DNA of 64,000 nt, from contig NW_026852073.1 in the NCBI RefSeq assembly GCF_026571515.1, forward strand, positions 124,001 through 188,000, read 5' to 3'. Source of the stretch: Ruditapes philippinarum. Lineage: Eukaryota. Of the stretch, positions 14,329 through 27,025 are shown piece by piece. Below the pieces are notes generated by a model. It did not search any database. It worked only from the letters and a program-made list of their open reading frames with translations, and was not told the origin of the DNA. Numbering within the stretch: position 1 is the first letter of the stretch; every line of letters begins with the position of its first letter. The translations under genes were made by a program, and so were the position numbers.

Positions 14329-16761
14329 CCAAATAAAACTATATCTTTTGAAATATCTTTATAGAATTTTTCAGCAATAAAATTATAATATTTCGATAAC
14401 TTCAAGCTCAATTCTTGAGAACAAAATTTTCACATAGATTTTCTCTAAAACACACATATGGTAGGGTTTTTGGACGTTTAGTGATGATTTCAATGCAAGT
14501 GCAATTCGCTTTTATGGCAATGTCTTTCGTACAATGAATTTGGAAATTCTATATTAAACTAATAAATTTTAAGAATCCCTCCCCACTTCCTTCTATAATA
14601 TATTTTACTAAAGACATGGCTGTATAAGTAATATTCTTAATTTCCTGAATGATTCATTACATTTAGTTTCAGGAAGTCCAGTATGATATAGTACGTATTA
14701 CATAGTACCTCGGTCTTTAACTCTAATTCAGTCTTCAGCTCAGTATGTTTAATATTTGTGACCAGACTGACCATTTACTATATTACTAGCAGAAGTTAGT
14801 GTTGTGCTCTATTTCTTAAATATTAACATTTTATGGCAATTTGACTTTATTTTTTCACCATAAATCTAATGGAGTGTTTTTGAGAAAGGTCAAATGAAAG
14901 TCTATAATGTATTTCTCATTACAAAGATGTCCTTTTTTAATGATGCTATTTTAATGTATAAGGATTCTATTCATTGTTCACTAAACGTCTGAGCAAATAA
15001 GTGACCTAGAATTTTGGATCGCACTTCACGGTCCTTAAAAATTGAAGGATACCAACTTGTTAAAAAGTGAGCACTTGTATAATCTGGGCGTTAGTGAGTC
15101 AAGAGAAGAACTCACATCAAGTACCACGTGTCCACTTGTAAAATGATAAGTGTCCAGATGTTGCTATAGGCTTATTGCGTTTTACTTATTTTCATGTCCA
15201 TTTGTATTTTTCTTCCTTTTTCGCTGTTTTTCCTTTTAATGTTGTTATGTTAGTTGTAACCTTGATGACGTTGGTAGTTAATATAAGACGTTCTAAGACG
15301 CCCTATTTTCTTTGAAAAGCGCTAGGAATTTGACAAAAATATATTGAAGATTCAAAATAAAAGGTGTCCAGTTCAATGCATGCAAAATTGGTGGTTATAG
15401 CATGACATGCTTTTACCAGACCACTTGAATATATATTATATTATCTTTTAGGCAAAATTTGTTCGTGAAAACTGATCTCGGGCGTTGATATAAATAATCA
15501 TTTGTCTCTAACCGCTAATTAAGACATCTGTGGAATTAGTAGTTGGTTAACTGCGGAGAAACTAGGTAAAACTAGTTAGTTATTCAGATAACCAGTATTA
15601 ATGTCATTATAATTGATTTTTAGATTGTTCATTTAATTCATTCAAAATAAAGTTATATTATACATGTATATATTTTGTATTCTTGAAACATTAAAGAAAG
15701 ATATTGCTACTCTATATAATATTTTTGTACTGATTTGTCATTTTTCAGTCATTTGAATTAAGACTTGAATTTTATACACATTTATCTTTTTATGTATTGT
15801 AATACATGTGTAAGTTTTCGTATTTTTTAAAGGACATATTCTTTAAGTTCAAGAAATGTTTGTTTCACAACGAGGTGTAATTCTTTTAGCAAGTATTTCA
15901 TATCTGAGCTCATCTCTGATCTTCATTTTATTCGTCAATAACCATTTAGACAATATTAACGCTGACTTACAAGGTTTTTTTACAATAAATGGACTAAAAC
16001 TTTTTCTCATTTTGTCAATCGTCTACGAAGTAAGTAGACTATAAATATGTTTCTCTTGACAAGTATGTAATACTTCATAACTGTTAAGTTTTTCCTTAAA
16101 GTATCATTTATAACACTTATAGTTTAGGAGCAGTACTTAACCTGTTAAACACGTTATGGTATGCGTAAGGAAAATACAAAAGGAAAAGGCGCATGATTAT
16201 AGTACGAGGTTCCTTATTGTGTGAAATGATTTTTCTTTATGGAAGCAAATGTGGCCAACATTCACATTACAAGTTTACATTACCTACAACGCAAATCTTT
16301 TTAAGTTTATATGTAAAACAAGATTCATTTAGGCATAATCAAAATAATGACTTTATTTCTATGCTATAACATACCATAGCAGAGAATTCCGCAATGATCG
16401 ATCTTATGGTAAATGTTCCAATCTCTTGTCCCTTTTTGGTTTGATATCTTAAATATGTATTGCAATGTCGCCGTCAATTCATAGCTTTTACCAGCCTTAC
16501 AAGAAAACCATAGTATGTCATATTGTGCTTTTACCGAATATGAAAAATGAGAATTTAGCCAGTGTAAGACGATTTAAAGCAAGAACTTATGTTAAATATC
16601 AAATAATGTCGCAAAACATTTTTGTCCCCCAAGGTACACCATATATTTGACTTTGGTAGTCTTAAGAGTCTGCTTTATATATAAAGTGCTTGTCCATGGT
16701 ATTGAAACAAGTTTGGGTAAATGAAAGAACTTAGTGTAACAAAAGGCGCAATACTAAGAAA

Positions 16762-19180
16762 ATGTCTAAATTTCTTAGTTTAAGTATTGGACTTTTATTT
16801 TCATGGATTTGTCAGGTAAGATGTGCAGAGTCGGAATTAAGTGCTAAAGTAGTGTATGAACTGTTGTCATTAAGAATAGACAATGTTGTTCGTGAAAACA
16901 ATAATCTAAAATCTGAGCTGAAGGAAACCAAGGCAGTTGTTTATAAACTCGAGAATAAAATCGAGAGAATGGAAGCAAACATTTCATTTACAGCAAGTAG
17001 AGTGACAAGTTATGAGGAAGAAAATTCAACAACTTTATTAAATGAAAAGATCCAGGCTTTTGAAGATTTATCTGCGACTCGACTTCAAAAGCAATTTAAG
17101 ACAGAAGCAATTTTATTGCGGAAAATGCTAGTTAACGAGAAGTCACACATGAAAGATAAATTGATGGCATTTGAACAAAAGTTTAACAGCTTTCAGTCGG
17201 ATCTCGTAAATAATTTAAATGAAATGAATACCTCAATAGAAACCACTGTTGACAATTTAGAAAAAACAATTTACGAACATAACATAACAACAATTACTAG
17301 ACTAGTGTCAATTGAGGATAAACTTCAAAGTCAACTAAATGAAACAGACCTTCTCATACAAGAAATGAATGAAGACTTCCAGCATAAACTAACAGAATCG
17401 GACGCTAGAATAGAAGAAGGGAACATAAAATTATCTGAGAATATAAATGAAGTTGACCAGCGTCTAACCGCTGCAAAGACGAATTTGCAAAGTACATACA
17501 GTGGTCTAAACAACCGGCTGTATAGCGCTGAGTCAGTCTCGTCAAGTTTGCAAAGTACATACAGTGGTTTAAACAGCCGGCTCAATAGCGCTGAGAGTAA
17601 ACTTCGATCAGTCTCTTCACTGCAAGGTAAAAACAATTCTCAATGTATGTTATACTTTCATACAATTAGAAGCGCAAGCAAGCAATTTTATATTAAATTT
17701 CACCCAACAGAACTTCTGCATAAGTGTTGATTTGCTAAATGCAATCTGTTAACTAATATTTTGTTGTTGTTGTTGTTGTTCGTTCTGTTTTCGGCATTAG
17801 CGCAACATTGTTTACCTTCAAACAATTCTGATATTTCAGCTTCATGACATTACATTATGAGACAGATAATACTCGTGTCTTGTTCAATGTTGCTGATGAT
17901 ACATCAAAAACTTTTTGTCATATTTCATTTCTACTGGCATAAAATTATCTACCATCTCCTAAATGAAAAAAAGAAATTACATTCCACGCAAGTTTTCAAC
18001 GAAATTCAAATTAGATTAATCAATATTGCTTGTATTTCTGTAAAAAAAAAATATCTGACAATTATTAAGTAGCTACTTAGTATCTGATGAGTTTGATATA
18101 CAAATAGTAATATATAAGAAACATGTAAATATATAAAATTGATCATTATCATTACAGACAGACAGGAAAACACATTTTCTGGTCAAATTAGTGCTTTAAG
18201 CAGACGAATCTCTGAAGAAGAAGGTAAGTCTTAGGAACACAAGTGCGTATGTTTTTAAATGGCACTATGCGTTCTTAAAAAATATATACTTTAACATGAC
18301 ATCTTCATGTATAAGCGGTCCATATTTCAAAATGCCTTACATCGTACATATGTTTTTATAAAAAAGTCAAACCGAATAGGCTTGTTCAAGCGTAGAAAAT
18401 ACAACAATATTAAGTTTTGTGAAATATTTTCTATTTTAAAGGCTTAAAATATTAATGAGGTGGGGTTAGAGTTATTAAAGTATTTTTGTTTTAACATTGA
18501 GCAAATATATATTCTCAGATATCAAAAACGATATATTTTAACATTCAAACTTTTGTATTATAGTCCTATCATAAAATAGAAGAACCGTGCTTCACACAAC
18601 GGTAAAATGGGTCGCTTTCTTTATTAGTAGTTAAACATTATACTGGATTCTATCTAATGATATAATTACAACAAAAATTTCATTCACTATTTATAAACAT
18701 TTGATACTTTTTCAATCTAAATTATATGATATCAAAACCAAATATTCTTTTATAAGTCTTTGCTCAATAAAATTATTTGATTCCATTTCAGGAAGAAAGG
18801 TTGCATTTTCAGCTAGGATGAGTAAGGCAGATAGTTATTATGTCAAGGACGAAAGATTAAAGTTTAATGATGTTAAATATAGTTACGGCGGAGGATATAG
18901 CTTCTCGACGGGGATATTTACAGCGCCAAAATCAGGAACTTATTTGTTTACTTATAATATAGAATCATCAAGTAAAGGTAAAGCCCATGTGTGTTTAATG
19001 ATAGACGGTAGTATGAAAACTCAAGCTTTGGTAGGGAAAGGTCCAGATAATAATGGTGGAAACTCTGCGATAGCTTATATTCGGAAAGGTGGTAAGGTAT
19101 GGATAGAGACTGCTGATTTACAGGATAAGTATTACATCTGGCCTTACAGGACAACCTTTAATGGTATCTTGATTGACTAA
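16762..19180 (+). CDS. C1q domain-containing protein, copy B; 3 exons, ~439 aa
   Basis: Exons 16762-17626, 18158-18223, 18792-19180; GT-AG, phase 1; paralog of copy A with an extra 21-aa coil duplication. Confidence 0.93.
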
Positions 19181-21551
19181 AATAAAGTATCATGAATTGC
19201 CATATAAGCATTATACAGCATTATCAAACGTAAAATGATTATAGATTGCTTCTGACTAAAGTTCTTATCCTCTTTTGTTTTATTTCAAGCATAGCGGGAG
19301 CTGATTTTAATCACATTGTTATTATAGATTTGAATTCACACTGCAAAGTCTCGGTCATTGTTTAATTATATGATTTTTGTTCAAGTTAAACCCTTTGAAA
19401 ACCAATTTGTTGTTATATTTAGAAGTAAAAAAACATACAAATATTAGTTTTGGCCGTCTTGAATGTGAGCAAAGTAATTCTTATTCTTATAAGTAATGTT
19501 TCACGCAGATTTAATTTAAATAAGTTAAGATTATATTTGTCCAATGAAATCTTTCCATATTACCAAATTCTAATATATCTAATTTATTTTAACAGCACAA
19601 ACTTGTCACTGGACACTATCCCGTTAATGCGCCATACTCGCACTGCTTAAAGATTCAAATATTAATCTATACTTTGCCAGGATATTGTAAATAATTAGTC
19701 AAATATATTGCCGAGTTCATACAATTATTATTCTCATTAATTATTTATTAAAGTTTTGCATTATTCAAAACTGTATAAAATCGGTTTTTCCTTTCATGAA
19801 TTTTTCTCTTTTGGTATAGATCTAAATGAAGCAATTATTTAAATAAATATTGGCAGCTTTATATTAATTATATCTTCTGTTAAGAAGATGCGACTTATTT
19901 TCAGCATAATTTGCCATCCATTCTTCATTATTTTTAAGAAATCAATAAAATGTGTTTCCTACTTTAAAAGCTTTAGTTTCGATTTCGATAAAGCTATATT
20001 AAGGATAAATGCTAACAATCATTTTAAGGATATACTAGTAGTTGTAATTTTTACTTTTCATTTTTTGTTGTTAGATAAAAGATAGATCAATGAAAGGACA
20101 TGTGTGAATTTATTTTTTACCATAGAATGAAAAACTTAATCATATCAATTATATATCAAACAAGCAATTGAGATTCCACTATATATGATTTATGTTTCTG
20201 TTATCATATATTTTTGCTATGTTATTGCATAATACTTAAATTTTATTATACTTATATTGTTACTCTGTAAATACTGTTATGCTTTTCATCTTTGGAGGAA
20301 TAAAGGTATCTATCTATCTCTATTGTGTATGCTTTTATATTATTTCGATTTGCATTATTTTAGCTACATTTAAGTAAAATATGACATTTTCACATACATT
20401 TTGTCTTTGTTTTCATTTGCAAGGCTGCTATATAAAATAAACTCCACCAAAAATGACATCATTATAATATTGATGACTTTTCTTGAAAGAGGTATATTCA
20501 TATGGAAGGTAGCATTATACCTCACGTGATATCCTTATGTGACGTCAGAGAGTTATTAAATCTGTAAAATCGTGTATACCAGCACTGGCTGGCGAATTAG
20601 CGTAGACGCCAATAAAGTTTGTTCATACAATACACACCGGCTCCCTGATTTGCTCTTACTCTTAATACCATATTTCGCAGTCCGGTTGTTACACAGGTTC
20701 TCCTGTTCGTTCGTTCACACAATTGTTCCCAAGCTTGTTTGTAAAAAAATGTCTTCTACACCATTAGCGCAAAACATGAATATGCTATCGTGACAGTGAA
20801 TGTAAATATGTCACCTGTAATATAGAGGCTGTAGCAATTAAAAAGGAAAAAATCCCCGCTTCGTAGGTTTCAAACTCACCTCCATTGTTACGTAGGTATT
20901 TGCGTGTCTTTGCGAGCGTGCGTACGTACGAATTTCGGGTTTTCTAACATGTATTTGTATTTTTTTAATGACATATTCCTTAAATACGTTAAATATTCAT
21001 TCTCCGCCAGATAACACTTAATTTTTCCGATAAATATGTGATTAACTAATTTGTAACCGGTAAATTACTTACTTAAGGGCATTGTAATGTATCTTTTCAA
21101 GTTTAAATGTTTAATATGTAATTCCAAAAATATAACCTAGTTTTATGACGCGTTAAAATAAGTGACTAAATAGTTTAATACTGAACTATCTAACCACATA
21201 ATCATCAGGTGAAATTAAGTGATTATCTTGTGGCAAATATATGCCACCATATTATTTTATTCATTTTCATAAAAGTTTTTAAAAATCTTTTGCGTGATAC
21301 TTTATTGTAGAAGTTTCATTAATGAATGATTGTGGCATATATCTGCTTTTATATAACAACTTAAATTATTCGTTAATTATGTGTTTAACTTGTTATTATG
21401 TCGCGAAACTGTTCTTGTCCCAAAGGTACACCATATTTGAACTTGGTAGTCATGAGAATATGTTTTATATAAACGAGCTTGTCACTGGTTAAAACTAGTT
21501 TGGGTTAAATTATAGAAGTTTAAATATCAAAAAACGTGCAGTATTCAGAAG

Positions 21552-23372
21552 ATGTCTATTTTTTTTAGTATAAGTATTGGTCTTTTATTATCATGGTTTT
21601 GTCAGATAAGAAGTGTGGAGGCGGAATTAAGTGCTAACGTAGTATATGAACTATTGTCAACGCGAATAGACAATGTTATTCGTGAAAACAATAATCTAAA
21701 ATCTGAGCTTAAGGAAACTAAAGCAGATCTTCAAAAGCAAATAAAGACAGAAGCAAAATTATTGCGGAAAATGCTAGATGATGAGAATGCACATATGAAA
21801 GAAACAAGAATGGCATGTGAACAAAAATTCAATAGCTTCCAATTGGAACTCTTAAATGATTTAAATGCAATGAATATCTCAATACAAACAACTGTTGGCA
21901 AATTAGAAAAAATCAATTTCCGAACAAATACATGTATGGCAGTAATCACAATGCTACAGGCAGTTGAGAACAAACTTCGTTCAGTATCGACAAAGCAAGG
22001 TAAAGTTTATTTTTATACTTAATTCTTTTTTATACTTAAATACAATTTGGTGCCAATTATTTTTTACAAAAATAAACTTCTGCATAAGTGTTGGTTTGCT
22101 GAATGCAATATGTCAACTGGATTTATGTTGTGTTTTGTTCTGTTTTGGAATCAGCGTAACATCCTGTTATTTCTCAAAAATTATTTTTGCCATATTTCAT
22201 GTTTACTGACTTGACAATTACCTAACAACCTATCAATGAGCTTGATATACACCTGGTAGTAATATATAAGAAACATGTAAATATATATTGATATTCATAA
22301 TCATTACAGACAGACAGGAAGACACATTTTTTAATCAAATCAGTGCTTTAAGCAGACGAATCTCTGTGGAAGAAGGTAAGTCCTATGAACACAAGTGTGT
22401 ATGTTTTTAAATGGCAATATGCTTTTTATAGAAGTTTATATTCAAACTTGACATCTTCACGAATAAGTGGTCTTTAAGTGTCTATAAGTGCATAACATCG
22501 TACATATGTTTTAATAAAAAAAGCCAAAGTTCACCAAATCGATCCCAAATATGCTTGTTCATGCGTAGAAAAAACAATATAAAAATTTGAGAAATATTTT
22601 CTAATTTCAAGACTTAGAAGCTGAATGAAGTGGGGTAAAGTTATTAAAGTTTTTTGTTTCAACACTGAACAAATATATATATATATATTCTTAGACATCT
22701 AAAACGATATATTTTAACATCCAAACTTTTATATTATAATCTTATCATAAAAGAGAAGAACCGTGCTTCACACAACGGTAAAATGGGCTGATTTGTTTTT
22801 TGCAGTTACACATTATTACTACATTAGTATTACTTGATTCTATCTAATGATTTAATTACAAGAAAAAAAAACAATCACTATTAACAAACATTTTATACTT
22901 TTTGAATATAAATTATATAATATCAAAACCAAATATTACTATTTCTCTCCTTGCTCAATAAGAATTATTTGATTCTATTTCAGCCAGAAAGGTTGCATTT
23001 TCAGCTAGACTCACGAAGAAACAAAGCTATTATGGCAAAAGCGAAAGAATAGTGTTTGATGAAGTTATATATAGTTACGGCGGAGGATACAGCTCCTCAA
23101 CGGGGATATTTACAGCGCCAAAGTCAGGAACTTATTTGTTTACGTATAATATACAATCATCACATTTAGGTGTAGCCCACGTGATTTTAATCATAGATGG
23201 TACTATGACAACTCGAGCTTTGGTAGAAAAAGGCAGATATCATACTGGCGGAAACGTAGGGATTGGTTATGTTTGGAAAGGTGAAAAGGTTTGGTTACAG
23301 ACTTCTAACATTGAGGATAAGTATTACATCTGGCCTTACAGGACAACCTTTAATGGTATCTTGATTGACTAA
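21552..23372 (+). CDS. C1q domain-containing protein, copy C (short coiled-coil); 3 exons, ~300 aa
   Basis: Exons 21552-21999, 22310-22375, 22984-23372; GT-AG, phase 1, open frame; two large in-frame deletions in exon 1 relative to copies A/B. Confidence 0.9.
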
Positions 23373-25818
23373 AATAAAGTACCATGAATTGCCATATAAG
23401 CATTATACAGCATGATCAAACGTAAAATGATTTTAATTTCCTTCTGACTTACTTTCTTATCCTCTTTTGTTTTATTTCAAGCATAGCGGGAGCTGATTTT
23501 TAATTACATTGTTATTATAGATTTGAATTCACACTGCAAAGTCTCGGTCATTGTTTAATTATATGATTTTTGTTCAAGTTAAACCCTTTGAAAACCAATT
23601 TGTTGTTATATTTAGATGTAATAAAAAACATACAAATATCAGTTTTGGCCGTCTTGAATGTGAGTAAAGTAATTCTTACTCTTATAAGTAATGTTTCACG
23701 CAGATTTAATTAACATTAGTGGTTAAAATTATATTTGTCCAATGAAATCTTTCCATATTACCAAATTCTAATACATCTTATTCATTTTAACAGCACGAAC
23801 TTGTCACTGGACACTATCCCGTTAAATACGCCATACTCGCACTGCTTAAAGATTCATATCCAGGATATTGTAAATAATTAGTCAAATATATTGTCGAGTT
23901 CATACAATTATTATTCTCATGAATTATTTTATAAAGTTTTGCATTATTCAAAACTGTATAAAATCGGTTTTTCCTTTCATGAATTTTTCTTTTTTGTATA
24001 AATGAAACAAATATTTATATTTAAAGGTTTATGTCAACTATATCTTTTTGTTCAGAAAGTGACCAAAATTCAGCACAAATTTCCCCAAATCCCCCTTTAA
24101 ATTTTATTAAAGAAATTAAAAGTTTTCCTACTTTAAAATTTGTTTGATTTTGATAAAGCTAAAATAAAGGGTAAATGCTAACAATCATTTTAAGGATATA
24201 TTAGTAGTTGTAATTTTTCCTTTTACTTTTTTGTTGTTAGATAAAAGATAGATCCATAAAAGGGCATGTGTGAATTAATTTTTACCATAGAATGAAAAAC
24301 TTAATCATATCAATTATATATCAAACAAGCAATTGAGATTCCACTATTTTCTGTAATCATATATTTTTGCTAATATATTATGTTATTGCATAATATTTAA
24401 ATTGTATTATACTTGTATTGTTACTCTGTAAATACTGTTACGCTTTTCATCTTTGGAAGAATAAAAGTATCTATCTATCTCTATTGTGTATGCTTTTTTA
24501 TAATTCGATTTGCATTATTTTAGCTACATTTAAGTAAAATATGACATTTTCACATACATTTTGTCTTTGTTTTCATTTGCATAGCTTCTATATGAAATAA
24601 ACTCCACCAAAAATGACATCATTATAATATTGATGACTTTTCTTGAAAGAGGTATATTCATATGGTAGGTAGCATTATACCTCACGTGATATCCTTATGT
24701 GACGTCAGAGAGTTATAATCTGTAAAATCGTATACCAGCACTGGCTGGCGAATTAGCGTAGACGCCATAAAAACACATGTAGATTTATAGTGCACTTATT
24801 TCACAGACGCCGGCCATTTTTTAACAAATAATTATTGATACCCAATGGCGTCAGATGTTCCACTCCGATCTTCCGTTAGACATTTAGTTTATTGTCTTTG
24901 TTTGATAAATGATAAATAAAAAATGCTTTACAGTAATGTGTCATTGCTTTATAACTCTTTGACCCGCTGTGGTAAATGAGCTTTAAAAATAAGCAAAATG
25001 CACACACTGTTGTTATTCGTATTTATTACCCCTCACATTTTTCGTAATGCTAATTTCCTATAGGCCTCTGGGAGTTATTTTTACTGTTAATGCAAGTGTA
25101 CCACGTGACTAAGAATTTTGTACTGTTACATAGGTAACAGTATTTTTTAAGAGGTCACGTGGTCTATTTTCTAAATAAAATAAAATAAAATGGCCGCCAT
25201 TTTGTTCTCGATTCATTCTTATTTTCAACGTTAAACCCCAATAGGACATCAATTTCTCCTCTGGAGTCCCTATGACACTCATAAAATTTAGTTGTTTGCA
25301 CCCTGGTGTGCTTTTCGCGTATAAAATATCTTTTTGCTGAATAGTCAAAAAGTGAACATCCGTTTTCAACGGAAGTAATTGCAAAGTAAATAATTATGTG
25401 TCAAACTGGAACATGCAGACGATTTAAGCATGCAACAAAGGATTATTTATCAAATTTAATCAGTGAAACGTTACAGATATGGTGGACATAGGATATCAAC
25501 GTTATTTTGTCAAAAACCATGCTAAGAATATTCTGGAAACAGAAGGTACATATTTCACAGATCATAACCGTGTAAATGGGTTAGTGTTTTGTTTCCTAAA
25601 TAAAACCTAGCTTATTGTATGCTTATGATTTGTAGATATCATCACTTGCTTAAAGAATAAAAGAAAAAGAAAACTTCTCAAGTAGGCCTACAGTAAAGTA
25701 CACTTAAAACTTAAAAGGTAAGGACAGTTTTGTTATTGTTACTCTTGGTTTATTTTTGTTACAGTTAGATTTATTTGACAATTTCAGATCATCTCAGTAT
25801 TTTTGTTCGGGGTAATAA

Positions 25819-25961
25819 AATAAATAACACATGGGTTTGTGAGTAACAGTAAAAATATCATCCCTCGTAAAAATACTGTTACCGTCGTCTACGCCTCGGG
25901 TAACAGTATTTTCCTCGGGATGATATTTTTACTGTTACCAACAAACCCATGTGTTATTTAT
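25819..25961. repeat. ~140-bp near-perfect hairpin (foldback element)
   Basis: taaataacacatgggtttg..gtaacagtaaaaatatcatcc pairs with ggatgatatttttactgttac..caaacccatgtgttattta. Confidence 0.8.
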
Positions 25962-26907
25962 ATAATGTTATGAAAATCGTGTCAATTAATAGTTTTTTAT
26001 TTTCGGCCTTAAAGAAGCTATTTCGATGTAATTTGATATAATTTATAAAAGAGTATTGTGTAACAAGTCAACATCACATGCCGGCTCACGAAGCATGCTT
26101 TACTGTTCTGATCAGGGGAAAGAACCATTGTCATGGTTTGTTCCACACGACCCTATCGGTTATTGTTCTTTTCATGTTTAACAAAAATAAAACAAAACGT
26201 GTTTAACTGTTGTTGTTGTTTTGGGTTATGTTATGTATTGTTTTGTTTTAATTGTCGTTTTGTGTGTGTGCGCGCGTACGCGCGCGCGTTTGTGTAAATG
26301 CATGTGCGCTCGTGCGTGTGTTCGTGCGTTTTGTTGTTGTTAATTGTTTGGGGGGTGCTGATTGTTAGGCTACCGCGAAAATGCTACACCAATTAGAAAG
26401 AAATTATCTTAATCACAAAAATGATAAAAATGTTGAAATTCACGAACTCAAATGTTAAATGTCACTCTATTTGTTTTCGCCTTTTATTTCATGAAGAATA
26501 TATACTGCAGTAAATGAAGAATTTTTATCGATATCCAATGTATTGTCTTATCTGCAAATAATGTAACCATTCACATCTGCAAAAAGTATTTATTCAAATC
26601 TTTAAAGTCACTTGAACTAAATTATTAGTATAGTTGGCATTAACGAAATGTTAACATTTACGCATAAACGTATAAATCAGACTGATGTTTCTTTATGAAA
26701 TTGATTATACATTAAATTAAAATGAATATTTTACAGAAAAAATATGACAATAAAACAAACTTTTCAAAAATTGACTTATCAAACTGTAATTATCGAAGGA
26801 ACAATAATTAAGACATGAAAAATACTTAAGAGTTTTTTCTCGTATGTGAAGTTTTGACAAGTTAAGATGTATATTTTCAACTTTGCAGCTTGCACTATTT
26901 ATTTTTT

Positions 26908-27025
26908 ATCAATCATCACTAGCTCCTGTCATAATAATATTTGAGTATCAGCCATCACTAGATGGTGCCATGATAATATAAGAGTATCAATCCCCACTAG
27001 CTCTTGCCATAATAATATCAAAGTA
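26908..27025. repeat. Three ~39-bp tandem repeats
   Basis: atca..cactag..gccataataatat..agt x3. Confidence 0.6.

Noticed and set aside
9900-16400. Numerous short AT-rich ORFs
   Set aside because: Low-complexity hydrophobic translations, no recognisable motifs or splice-consistent structure.
3158-18158. Exon 2 copies exactly 15,000 nt apart
   Set aside because: Exon 1 and exon 3 offsets differ (14,930 and 14,997); coincidence.
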